From an uncultured Chromatiaceae bacterium (lineage in GTDB: Bacteria > Pseudomonadota > Gammaproteobacteria > Tenderiales > Tenderiaceae): a stretch of DNA of 64,000 nucleotides. The stretch's first letter is position 1. Every line of letters begins with the position of its first letter. The translations under genes and the position numbers were made by a program. The notes under the pieces were generated by a model that saw only the letters and a program-made list of their open reading frames with translations, did no database searches and was not told the DNA's origin. Positions 51,631-60,975 of this stretch are shown one piece after another. The stretch lies in NCBI GenBank assembly GCA_945787785.1, contig CALZIO010000006.1:9453-73452 (forward strand), written 5' to 3'.

Positions 51631-52271
51631 GTTCCCGCCGCCACCTGTGTCGCCACCGCCACCACTTCAAACACGCGCCGCACTTCGCCCCAATCTTCCA
51701 GGTCGATAGTGATTTCAACGGCACGCGGTAAAAGCGATTGACTCTGGTTTTGGTTGCCCGTGCTTGCACTATCCGGCGGCCACTGCTCATGCCATGTATT
51801 CTCACTATCCAGAAAGCGCAAAGCAATTTCATTAACATCTTCTAACAGTACGCCTTCGTGGGCTTCACTGTTGAGCGAACGATCCACGACTGACCAGGAC
51901 TGGCGCAACAGTTGATCTTCTGCCATCACGTAACCGACCCGCTGTAGATGGCTGCGCTGTTGCTTCATCGGATTACTGCGGCCGGTACGGCTGAATTCAA
52001 GAATCGAGCTACCAAAACCACCCCCTGTCATGGCTGCCAGTTCATCCGCATAATTATCCCGCACTGGCCGGCCGATAGCCTGCTCGATGTCACGCCCTAA
52101 AATCAGCATGGTCTTTTGTAACTGTGCCAGACGCTCCGCCTGACTATCGGCACGTTTCTGCGTGCTAAGTGCAGAGTTCAAACCGCTGTAGGCCATGGTA
52201 GACATCAGGGCGAAGATGCCGACCGCGATGACCAGCTCAAGTAAGGTAAAACCAGATTGGCGATTGATCAT
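51627..52271 (-). CDS. gspJ: type II secretion minor pseudopilin J
   Basis: Prepilin N-terminus QSGFTLLELVIAVGIFALM. Confidence 0.85.
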   Translation of the reverse strand: MINRQSGFTLLELVIAVGIFALMSTMAYSGLNSALSTQKRADSQAERLAQLQKTMLILGRDIEQAIGRPVRDNYADELAAMTGGGFGSSILEFSRTGRSNPMKQQRSHLQRVGYVMAEDQLLRQSWSVVDRSLNSEAHEGVLLEDVNEIALRFLDSENTWHEQWPPDSASTGNQNQSQSLLPRAVEITIDLEDWGEVRRVFEVVAVATQVAAGT

Positions 52272-52648
52272 GCCGGCTTCCCGATGAAGGCCACCATCGT
52301 TGAGAGAGGGCGTTCATCATCGTCTTCCGGCATCACTTTAATATCAAGGCGGCGCACATCACCACCTTCCACTTGTATTACATTGATGACCCACTGAAAT
52401 TCACGCCCGGCCATCGTCTCGTTACCCTTGATTTCACCTGCGCCTGGGAATCGACCACTGGTCCGCAATTCAGTTAACGCATTCATACCTACCCAATGGG
52501 CCAGAGTACGCTCCTTGAGATAAACAATATTGCTGACATAACTGGTGATACCCTTAATCGTCGCCGTCAAAGCGATAGCCAACACCGCCAGTGCTATCAG
52601 CACTTCCAATAGTGTAAAGCCACGTTGACGCCTATTGTGCCCGATCAT
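52268..52648 (-). CDS. gspI: type II secretion minor pseudopilin I
   Basis: Prepilin N-terminus QRGFTLLEVLIALAVLAI. Confidence 0.85.
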   Translation of the reverse strand: MIGHNRRQRGFTLLEVLIALAVLAIALTATIKGITSYVSNIVYLKERTLAHWVGMNALTELRTSGRFPGAGEIKGNETMAGREFQWVINVIQVEGGDVRRLDIKVMPEDDDERPLSTMVAFIGKPA

Positions 52649-53163
52649 GATTCCAGCGGCCCCTCCAACTTCAGACCACCCATGATCTCGCCCTGGAGTT
52701 GATAGCTGGGCCCGTCTTCCAATTCCAATGTAAGACTGAATGGGGTCAGCTCACCACTGGAGTAAATCCATATCTGACTAGGTTTGGGTTCACCAAACAG
52801 GTCTTCATCCGCTTCCAGCCCTTCAACCTCTGCGCTGATGGCAATGCCCGCGGGTAGTGCGCGTGGCCGAAATACATCACCCTCAGCGGGCACCAGATTC
52901 TCACCTTCATATACTAGAAACTGATAACCTTCGTCATCGATCTGCAAGGCCATTTCACGCATGTTGAGCACTGACTCCTGCTGAGCCAATTCCAGCAGTG
53001 TTGTCAGGCGCTGCATTTCCTCGCGCAACACTTTATCGCGGCTAGTACCAATCGATAGCGTCACCATGCTGACAATGACACCGACAATCAGCAACACGAC
53101 CAACAGCTCGAGGATCGTGAATCCTTGCTGCTGGGAATGCGGCTGCTTAATCGGCAAAATCAT
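52645..53163 (-). CDS. gspH: type II secretion minor pseudopilin H
   Basis: Prepilin N-terminus QQGFTILELLVVLLIVGV. Confidence 0.85.
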   Translation of the reverse strand: MILPIKQPHSQQQGFTILELLVVLLIVGVIVSMVTLSIGTSRDKVLREEMQRLTTLLELAQQESVLNMREMALQIDDEGYQFLVYEGENLVPAEGDVFRPRALPAGIAISAEVEGLEADEDLFGEPKPSQIWIYSSGELTPFSLTLELEDGPSYQLQGEIMGGLKLEGPLES

Positions 53164-53169
53164 GTCGGT

Positions 53170-53604
53170 TTATTCGATAGTCCAGTTACCGATATCGGCA
53201 TTGGCAGCCTCACCGCCGTCAGCACCGTCTGCACCATAACTAAAAATGTCGATTGTGCTGTGGATACCGGGATTGAGATATTGATAGTCTTTACCCCATG
53301 GATCTTTGGGCAGTTTTTTCAGATAGCCACCTTCTTTCCAAGCTTGAGCATCAGCCGGTTTCTGCATTAACGCCTCCAGCCCTTCATCAGTAGTGGGATA
53401 ACGATTGTTATCTAACCGGTATAGATCCAAGGCACTCTCGATGGCACTGATGTCAGACTTGGCCTTGATGATTTTTGCCTGCACCGGCTTATCCATCAAA
53501 TTGGGCACAACAAAAGCTGCAAGAATCCCGAGGATGACCACCACCACCATGATTTCAATCAGGGTAAAGCCGCGTTGTTTACGTTGTTGCATACGCTTAT
53601 TCAT
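53170..53604 (-). CDS. gspG: type II secretion major pseudopilin G
   Basis: Contains QRGFTLIEIMVVVVILGILAAFVVPNLM and the ..YRLDNNRYPTT pattern. Confidence 0.95.
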   Translation of the reverse strand: MNKRMQQRKQRGFTLIEIMVVVVILGILAAFVVPNLMDKPVQAKIIKAKSDISAIESALDLYRLDNNRYPTTDEGLEALMQKPADAQAWKEGGYLKKLPKDPWGKDYQYLNPGIHSTIDIFSYGADGADGGEAANADIGNWTIE

Positions 53605-53612
53605 TGCTCTTC

Positions 53613-54827
53613 CTATTTTACTAATTGGTTCAAATTAAATATCGGTAACAATATCGCCAATACAATCACCAGCACCGTGCCACCCATAAATAGAATCATA
53701 AAGGGTTCGAAAAAACCCATTAGTAGCCCTAGCATAGTTTCCATCTCGCGCTCCTGGGCTGAGGCCGAACGCTCCAGCATCTCATCCAGATTACCACTGG
53801 CCTCACCACTGGCGATCAGGTGGACCGTCATTGGTGGAAAATATCCACTATTATCCAGGGCCTTATTAATTGCTGAGCCTTCACGCACCCGCCGCGCCGC
53901 CTCTTCTACCGCTGATTTCATGGGCAAATTGGTGACCACCTCGGCCGAGATGCGCATGGCATCCAGCACTGGCACCCCGCTGCTTGCCAAAATACTGAAG
54001 GTGCGGGCAAAACGGGCTGTGTTCATCCCACGCACCAGGCGTGACACCAGCGGTAAACGTAGCAACAGGTGATGAAACTGCCGTTTGGGCCCTTCGTGCC
54101 GCAACAACCAACTGATTACCACTATCATTATAACGATTGAGCCCAGCAGCAGGGCCCAGTTGTTTTGCAGGAAATCACTCAGTGCTATCAGACCACGGGT
54201 TAGCAATGGCAGTTCCTGGCCTACCCCCTCAAACACCTCAACCACCTTGGGTACCACATAAGCCACCAGGCCAACCACTACCAGAATCGCCACCACCGCA
54301 ATCAATACAGGATAGATCAGTGCCAACTGAAATTTCTGGCGCAGGGCGTGGCGTGATTCTGTGTAATCGGCCAAGCGCTCCAGCACTGCATCAAGATGAC
54401 CCGACTGTTCCCCGGCATCCACAGTGGCGCGGTAAAGATCATCAAAGGCATGGGGAAAGTCGGCCATGGCAGCGGCCAGTGGATGACCCTCTTTTACCTT
54501 GGAACGCACCGCCAACAGCATGTTGCCCAGGCGCGCCTTTTCGGTTTGACGTGACACTGCCTGCAGGGCCTCATCAATCGGGGTGCCGGAATGCACCAGG
54601 GTAGCCAGCTGACGGGTAATCAAGGACAAGTCGGCGGGATTAAGACCTCGCCGCAAAGACATACCCTTGCCTTGTTTGGCCTCGCGTTGCTGCACCTCGA
54701 CCATAGAAAGAGGTGTCCAACCCTTGTCGCGCAGTTGCTGGCGCACCTGGCGCGGCGTGTCGGCTTCCAACACACCTTTGTGTTGACGACCAGCCGCATC
54801 CAGGGCCTTGTATTCAAAGGCGCTCAT
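53613..54827 (-). CDS. gspF: type II secretion inner-membrane platform protein F
   Basis: 404 aa, begins MSAFEYKALD, with a duplicated GspF domain. Confidence 0.95.
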   Translation of the reverse strand: MSAFEYKALDAAGRQHKGVLEADTPRQVRQQLRDKGWTPLSMVEVQQREAKQGKGMSLRRGLNPADLSLITRQLATLVHSGTPIDEALQAVSRQTEKARLGNMLLAVRSKVKEGHPLAAAMADFPHAFDDLYRATVDAGEQSGHLDAVLERLADYTESRHALRQKFQLALIYPVLIAVVAILVVVGLVAYVVPKVVEVFEGVGQELPLLTRGLIALSDFLQNNWALLLGSIVIMIVVISWLLRHEGPKRQFHHLLLRLPLVSRLVRGMNTARFARTFSILASSGVPVLDAMRISAEVVTNLPMKSAVEEAARRVREGSAINKALDNSGYFPPMTVHLIASGEASGNLDEMLERSASAQEREMETMLGLLMGFFEPFMILFMGGTVLVIVLAILLPIFNLNQLVK

Positions 54828-54835
54828 ACCTAGTC

Positions 54836-56362
54836 CTATCCTTCGCGGGTGACGCGCATGACTTCCTCAAGCGAGGTATCACCCGCCAACACCCGGCGCA
54901 GACCATCTTCACGCATTCCGATAGTCGACAGGCGCGCCTGGCGTTCCATATCCTGTTCACTGGCGCCGTCGTGAACCATACCCTGCATGCGATCATCAAT
55001 TATCACTAATTCATAGATGCCGGTACGGCCAATGTAACCCACCTGTTTACATTCGGGACAACCCATCGCCTGATGGACAGACGGTGGATTGGATTTATCC
55101 CAGCCGAAAGATTCACATTCACTTTCACTGACCTGATAGGGCATTTTGCAATTCTTGCATAACAGGCGCACCAGCCGTTGGGCCAGGACACCAATCAGAC
55201 TTGATGACAACAGAAAGGGCTCGACTCCCATGTCACGCAAACGCGTCACTGCGCCTACTGCCGTGTTGGTATGTAGAGTTGATAACACCATGTGGCCGGT
55301 AAGCGAGGCCTGCACCGCAATCTCGGCGGTTTCCAAATCACGAATCTCACCAACCATTACTATGTCAGGGTCCTGACGCAGAATAGCGCGCAGACCGCGG
55401 GCGAAAGTCATTTCCACCTTGGCGTTAACCGCCGTCTGGGATATCCCATCGATATAGTATTCGATCGGATCTTCCACGGTCATAATATTGCGCTTGTTAT
55501 CGTTCAGACGGGCAAGGCCCGCATACAGCGTCGTGGTTTTACCCGAACCTGTCGGCCCGGTGACTAGGATAATCCCATGTGGACGATGGAGAAGTTTGTC
55601 CAGCTGCTGCATGGTGTTTGCTTCCATGCCCAGATGTTCCAGATTAAGCCGGCCGGCCTGTTTATCTAGCAGACGCAGCACCACTCGTTCACCGCCGCCG
55701 CCGACAGGCAGGGTAGAGACACGCACATCCACCGGACGACCCGCGATGCGCAATGAAATACGGCCGTCCTGCGGTAGGCGTTTTTCGGCAATATCGAGTT
55801 TTGACATGACCTTGAGACGCGACACCAGTAACGGCGCCAGATGACGATTGGGTTCGAGCACCTCGCGTAATACACCATCGACACGAAAACGCACCACCAT
55901 GCGTCCTTCAAAGGTGTCGAGATGAATATCCGACGCCCCTTCTTTAATTGCCTGGGTCAACAAGGCATTGAGCAGACGGATAATGGGGGCATCGTCTTCA
56001 CTTTCGAGCAGGTCTTCAGGCTCTTCCAAAGCCTCGGCGATACTGGAAAGATCATCCTCATCACCCATGCTGCCCATCATATCAAAGGCTTCCGCCGAAC
56101 CGCTTTCATAACTCTGTTGCAATAACTGCTCAAACTCTTTCGCGGTCATGACCTCAAACTTAAGCGGCACACCAAAATAACGGCGCAGCTCGGCTAGTGT
56201 CAGGCTGGAAATGCCCGGACGGCAACGCAACACTGCTGCCTCAGATGTCAGCGTCGACAACAGCACGCCATGGCGTTTGGCAAAACCAAAACCAATGCGT
56301 TTGGGCGCGAGAGCCTCTTGAGTGACTGCTGCTACAGCCTGTGGTTCATCGGCCATCGCCAT
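54836..56362 (-). CDS. gspE: type II secretion ATPase E
   Basis: Walker A GPTGSGKTTT, Asp and His boxes, and the tetracysteine CKNC...CPEC. Confidence 0.95.
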   Translation of the reverse strand: MAMADEPQAVAAVTQEALAPKRIGFGFAKRHGVLLSTLTSEAAVLRCRPGISSLTLAELRRYFGVPLKFEVMTAKEFEQLLQQSYESGSAEAFDMMGSMGDEDDLSSIAEALEEPEDLLESEDDAPIIRLLNALLTQAIKEGASDIHLDTFEGRMVVRFRVDGVLREVLEPNRHLAPLLVSRLKVMSKLDIAEKRLPQDGRISLRIAGRPVDVRVSTLPVGGGGERVVLRLLDKQAGRLNLEHLGMEANTMQQLDKLLHRPHGIILVTGPTGSGKTTTLYAGLARLNDNKRNIMTVEDPIEYYIDGISQTAVNAKVEMTFARGLRAILRQDPDIVMVGEIRDLETAEIAVQASLTGHMVLSTLHTNTAVGAVTRLRDMGVEPFLLSSSLIGVLAQRLVRLLCKNCKMPYQVSESECESFGWDKSNPPSVHQAMGCPECKQVGYIGRTGIYELVIIDDRMQGMVHDGASEQDMERQARLSTIGMREDGLRRVLAGDTSLEEVMRVTREG

Positions 56363-56364
56363 TG

Positions 56365-58395
56365 TTATTTACTTTTTGAACCCTTGGCTGGAATCTCAGA
56401 CTCCCACGGCGCATAGGCGGGTGGCAACTCCATAAACTCTTCAGGGAACAACGGCAACGTCGCATCATCCACAAACTGGATGCCTTTCTCCTGAAAACGC
56501 AGTTGCTCTGAGCGGACGTAGTCATATTTACGCTGGGTAACCAAATTAGATAGGACTGCGTCGCGCACGATGGTTGGTCGAATAAATACCAACAAGTTTC
56601 TCTTAATTTTTCTTGTTTCTTTATGGCGGAACAGCCCACCTACAAAGGGAATATCACCCAGTACCGGCACTTTCTGTTCTGATTCCTGAACATCATCCTC
56701 AATCAGTCCACCAAGCACGATCGTGCCACCATCATCAACCAACACCGTAGTGGTGATTGCGCGTCGATTGGTGGTGATATCCGCCGCCCCTTCCACAGAC
56801 GGGGCAATGCTGCCAACCTCTTGAGCAATATCTAGCTTAATCGTATTGCCTTCGTTGATTTGCGGCTTAACTTTAAGGGTCACCCCCACATCATGTCGCT
56901 CGATGGTGGTAAACGGATCCTGAGGTGAACTACCGGAGCCAGTTGAGGTAAAGGTGCCGGTACGGAAAGGAACATTCTGGCCGACAACGATTTCAGCCTC
57001 TTCATTATCCATTGTCATGACGTTCGGCCTGGAGAGGATGTTGGTGCGGCTGTCACCTTCAATGGCGCTGATCAAGGCGATAACATCGGTACCGCCCACG
57101 CCAACTTTCCCCACCCCAAGAAAACTCATCGGTACGGGTGCGGTAATCGTAGCGTCACTATTAATCGCACCTGCGCCTGCAGCGGCGTTAAAGCCGGTAA
57201 AGCTGGTGCCTGCAATCGCTCCTTTGCCATCAGCCGTGCCATCGACAAACCAGCTCACGCCCAGTTCGGAGTTCATCTCGTCACCGATTTCTGCAATGAC
57301 CGCCTCCACCAACACCTGGCCACGGCGCACATCCAGTTTTGCGATGACACTCTGGAGTGACTTAAACAGATCCGGCGGCGACGTTATCACCAGGGCGTTT
57401 GTCGCCTCGTGTGCTTGCACTGTAATCGGTGAACGATCAGCCTGAGTGGCACCCTTGCCACCACCCGCAACAGCCTTTTTTGCCTGTTCGTAGGTCTGGC
57501 CCAAACCAGTCAATACCGGCACCAACTCCTTGGCATCGGCGTGATTCAGATAGATAACGTGGGTGTTACCAGAGGTTTCCAGCGGCGTATCCAGATGAGA
57601 GACAATGGCGCGAATACTCAGGCGCTCGGATTTATCGCCGCTGATTAAAATACTGTTGGTGCGTTCGTCGGCCACTAACACCGCTCTACTTGAAGCTGCC
57701 TTAGGATCGGCACGCTTACCTCGCTGGGTCAGACTTTCAATGATGCGCACAACTTCGGCCGCAGACGCGTGATTCAATGTCATCACCTCGAGATCTGCAG
57801 CACTGGCCACATCGATTCTCTGAATAATGCTCATCAGGCGATCCACATTAGCAGCCGAGTCGGAAACAATCAGCACATTGGTCGAGGCATAGGCAGCCAT
57901 ATGACCATGTTGAGGCACCAATGGCCGCAGAATCGGCACCAACTGAGCAGCAGAAACATTTTGCACATCAATCACTCGGGTAACAAATTCGTCACCCTTG
58001 GCGCCGCGCTTGAACATCTCACTGCCACCAAGCTGCTTGGCATTAACTGATGGCACGATTTTTATCACGCCATCGACTGGCACGGCAGAAAAGTTATGGA
58101 CCTCTAATATAGAAAGAAATGTTTGATAGACCTCATTGGCATTCATTGGCTTGGATGAGATCACCGTCACCTTGCCTTTAACACGCGGGTCGATAATAAA
58201 ATTTCTACCGGTAAACTCAGCCACCGTGGCGATCACAGTTTGCAGCTCGGCATCTTTGAGATTAAAAGTAATTTGTGATTCTGCCTGAGCAACTGCAGCC
58301 CAAAAACCGTTCAACATCAACAATGAGGCAACTAACCATACGCGGCACTTAGTGCCTTTAGCTATGTCCCTACAATGCCTTCCTATTATTCTCAT
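56365..58395 (-). CDS. gspD: type II secretion secretin D
   Basis: 676 aa. N0-N3 domains plus the secretin C-domain (VPVLGDIPFVGGLFR). Confidence 0.95.
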   Translation of the reverse strand: MRIIGRHCRDIAKGTKCRVWLVASLLMLNGFWAAVAQAESQITFNLKDAELQTVIATVAEFTGRNFIIDPRVKGKVTVISSKPMNANEVYQTFLSILEVHNFSAVPVDGVIKIVPSVNAKQLGGSEMFKRGAKGDEFVTRVIDVQNVSAAQLVPILRPLVPQHGHMAAYASTNVLIVSDSAANVDRLMSIIQRIDVASAADLEVMTLNHASAAEVVRIIESLTQRGKRADPKAASSRAVLVADERTNSILISGDKSERLSIRAIVSHLDTPLETSGNTHVIYLNHADAKELVPVLTGLGQTYEQAKKAVAGGGKGATQADRSPITVQAHEATNALVITSPPDLFKSLQSVIAKLDVRRGQVLVEAVIAEIGDEMNSELGVSWFVDGTADGKGAIAGTSFTGFNAAAGAGAINSDATITAPVPMSFLGVGKVGVGGTDVIALISAIEGDSRTNILSRPNVMTMDNEEAEIVVGQNVPFRTGTFTSTGSGSSPQDPFTTIERHDVGVTLKVKPQINEGNTIKLDIAQEVGSIAPSVEGAADITTNRRAITTTVLVDDGGTIVLGGLIEDDVQESEQKVPVLGDIPFVGGLFRHKETRKIKRNLLVFIRPTIVRDAVLSNLVTQRKYDYVRSEQLRFQEKGIQFVDDATLPLFPEEFMELPPAYAPWESEIPAKGSKSK

Positions 58396-58414
58396 TAATA
58401 TTCCTACGTTGCCT

Positions 58415-59329
58415 TTAATTCACTGGCAGGGTAAAACTTTGCTGTATACCATTCCGATCAACCGTCAGATCCAAGGTATCAGCCGAAGATAAATCTTTGA
58501 TTAAACCAAAGCCCTTTGCTGGACTGTCCAAGATTACCCCATTCACTGCAGTCACTACATCCCCTGGCAGCAGACCATGACGGGTTAAAAAGGCGGCATC
58601 ACGACCCGGCTGCAGTTTATATCCGATAAATTTGCCATTTACAAATGCGGGATTGATACGCACTAGATCGGCCACACTTTGTGGATCATTTAATAAAGTA
58701 TCCCGATACTCACCTAATGAAATATCTTCTTGCCGTACCGGTCTTGAGACTCTTGCTGGTCGCCTCGAGTTCCTTTGCACCGCTGGGGCTGAGGGGGGTG
58801 AGAGTGTTGCAATATCCAACGCATCTTTCGGTAACTTGAGAGTCTCGAAACGACCACCACGCTTAATCACAATCCTATCAGGATGAATTTCAGTTAATTC
58901 AGCATTGCCTGGCAGCTTGTCTCCGATCTTGTAAAAGTTTTCTTTACGTGACGGGTCGGCCACAATGGCACGTGCCTCATCCGGATCGGTTGATGCAATC
59001 AGGCCTCGCAAAGTTAATTTCAAATTGGTTTCTGGCAGATCCACCGGCTTCGGGGCGTCAACAACCTCCTCTCTTTCTTCACCGAACAGGTGCCATTGTG
59101 GAATTTGCTGCGCCAGTCCAGCTGCCGAATTACTCACTGACGTCAGCTTGCTCAGCTGTCCCGTAACTGGCAGTAATTCGGGCTGCTCCGGCTCAGGAAG
59201 CAGGCGCCAGGTAAGTTGCGCCAGACTGTAGCTCAGCAGCAGGATTAATAACAGATGCACCAACGCCCGAAAACGCGGGCTGGGTTGCTGACAGAAAATC
59301 AGCGCATCTTTAATAGTTATGGCCGCCAT
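58415..59329 (-). CDS. gspC: type II secretion protein C
   Basis: First gene of the operon. N-terminal TM, HR region and a C-terminal PDZ-like segment (GLLPGDVVTAVNG). Confidence 0.8.
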   Translation of the reverse strand: MAAITIKDALIFCQQPSPRFRALVHLLLILLLSYSLAQLTWRLLPEPEQPELLPVTGQLSKLTSVSNSAAGLAQQIPQWHLFGEEREEVVDAPKPVDLPETNLKLTLRGLIASTDPDEARAIVADPSRKENFYKIGDKLPGNAELTEIHPDRIVIKRGGRFETLKLPKDALDIATLSPPSAPAVQRNSRRPARVSRPVRQEDISLGEYRDTLLNDPQSVADLVRINPAFVNGKFIGYKLQPGRDAAFLTRHGLLPGDVVTAVNGVILDSPAKGFGLIKDLSSADTLDLTVDRNGIQQSFTLPVN

Positions 59330-59598
59330 TAAAGCACCAATTCTCTCTTTTTATATATCTATACTGCGCAAGTTGTTATCGCGCAAAAAGTAAGTAATTC
59401 TTATTTGACCTTTGGCATTACTTATGCACATAGCTTGGTTATTAAAATTATTATCCATTCCTATGAACCCCATCAACTTTGACTTCGCCACCGCAATCAC
59501 GCAACGCATTGATATATAAATATTTTTACAATTGGCTACTTTTTGACCAAATTTCAGTGAGCGCCGAAATATCTACACCAAATCCAATTTGAAACAAT

Positions 59599-59633
59599 CT
59601 TTCCACAAAGTTATCCACAGATTTTGTGAATAA
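59599..59633. promoter_or_regulatory. cluster of DnaA-box motifs
   Basis: cTTTCCACA (59599-59607, 7/9), TTATCCACA (59611-59619, perfect consensus) and TGTGAATAA (59625-59633, the reverse complement of TTATTCACA). A further TTATGCACA lies at 59422-59430. Confidence 0.55.
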
Positions 59634-59795
59634 CATAGTAAGAACACTAATCTAACAATAGGTTAGCGCATTTTATTAGCAAATCTTTACAAAATACCAT
59701 CTAAGCACTAATAAAATTATACTTTTTATCCGGAACACATCCACTAATCACGCCCGCAAAACAGCAATTTTGGGACTCAGATAAAATTTTAGGGC

Positions 59796-60104
59796 TTACC
59801 AGCGCAGAATCGGCCAACTGGGGATGAGCATGTCTGGTCTATGTTCGTCCCGACGCGTCTCCAACAATCCATCGCCATCAGTATCAACCAGAAAATAGGG
59901 CACACCCTTTACGGGAGTTATCTCAATCATATAGACCCGGCCATTAACACTATATTCTTTCACCCGGCCTTGTTCTTTTGTCGTAATGACTACCTCGGGC
60001 TCCATAGACTGATCCATAGGCGGCGGCTCAGTGGTTGCTTCTTCAGCTGCCGTATAACCAGCCAGAAACAGTGATGATAGTATCAGTATTAGTGGATAAC
60101 GCAT
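59796..60104 (-). CDS. DUF2782-like periplasmic protein
   Basis: Start trimmed to MRYPLILILSSLFLAG (signal peptide; AGGAG SD upstream). Contains EYSVNGRVYMIEITPVKGVPYFLVDTDGDG. Confidence 0.65.
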   Translation of the reverse strand: MRYPLILILSSLFLAGYTAAEEATTEPPPMDQSMEPEVVITTKEQGRVKEYSVNGRVYMIEITPVKGVPYFLVDTDGDGLLETRRDEHRPDMLIPSWPILRW

Positions 60105-60117
60105 GAAATCTTTACTC

Positions 60118-60849
60118 CTAAAGCTCCATGAGCCGTTCTTTCTCTTCTGCAGAAGGCTCGAAACCACGTTTTTCATAATGACTAAAGATAACATCAACCA
60201 CTTGCTGGGGTGAATCAACCAACTGCATCAGCTTCAAGTCTTCAACATCAATAACAGCCTCATTCACCAGTGTATCTTCAAACCATTGCAACAAACCTCG
60301 CCAAAAAGGAGTGTGCACCAAAATAATTGGGATTCGCCTTGTCTTATGCGTTTGCACCAGTGTCAGTATCTCAGCCAGTTCGTCCAGCGTTCCGAATCCG
60401 CCGGGCAAAACCACATAGGCGGAGGCATATTTTACAAACATCACTTTGCGCGAAAAAAAATGACGAAAATAGAGCGAAATATCCTGATATGAATTAGCGT
60501 TTTGTTCATGGGGCAGGGCTATATTCAAGCCTATGCTGGGCGACTTGCCGGCATAGGCGCCCTTGTTCACTGCCTCCATAATGCCAGGACCGCCGCCACT
60601 AACGACACTAAAACCTGCCTCTGATAATGCCAAGGCAATCTCTTCAGCCAGTTTGAAATAGGGATGATCATGCGGCGTCCGCGCCGAGCCAAAAATACTC
60701 ACTGAGGGTTTTATTTGCGCCAAGCGCTCAAATCCTTCCACAAACTCGGCCATGATCTGAAAGATTTTCCATGACTCTCGCGTCAGCATAGTATCGTCCA
60801 TAGGGGCCATCCCGGGATGTTCCGCTCTATTCTGTTTTTCCACCGCCAC
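60118..60849 (-). CDS. LOG-family / TIGR00730 Rossmann-fold nucleotide-binding protein
   Basis: Contains GGGPGIMEA and PGGFGTLDE motifs. Confidence 0.8.
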   Translation of the reverse strand: MAVEKQNRAEHPGMAPMDDTMLTRESWKIFQIMAEFVEGFERLAQIKPSVSIFGSARTPHDHPYFKLAEEIALALSEAGFSVVSGGGPGIMEAVNKGAYAGKSPSIGLNIALPHEQNANSYQDISLYFRHFFSRKVMFVKYASAYVVLPGGFGTLDELAEILTLVQTHKTRRIPIILVHTPFWRGLLQWFEDTLVNEAVIDVEDLKLMQLVDSPQQVVDVIFSHYEKRGFEPSAEEKERLMEL

Positions 60850-60975
60850 TCCTTAACTAGCTCCCTTTGCCCTGATTATCTCCCAAATATCTTCCAGAGA
60901 CGTCATATAACATCGAAGTGTTGCATAATGTTGCACCAAACAACTACCTGTTAGAAAACCTGATAACCACAAAAT

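Noticed and set aside
59330-59795. Possibility that the DnaA-box cluster is the chromosomal origin (oriC).
   Set aside because: Only a handful of boxes are present. I saw no GATC sites or recognisable 13-mer DUE repeats. No dnaA, gidA, mioC or rpmH neighbours are present. I kept it as a DnaA-binding locus of unknown role instead.
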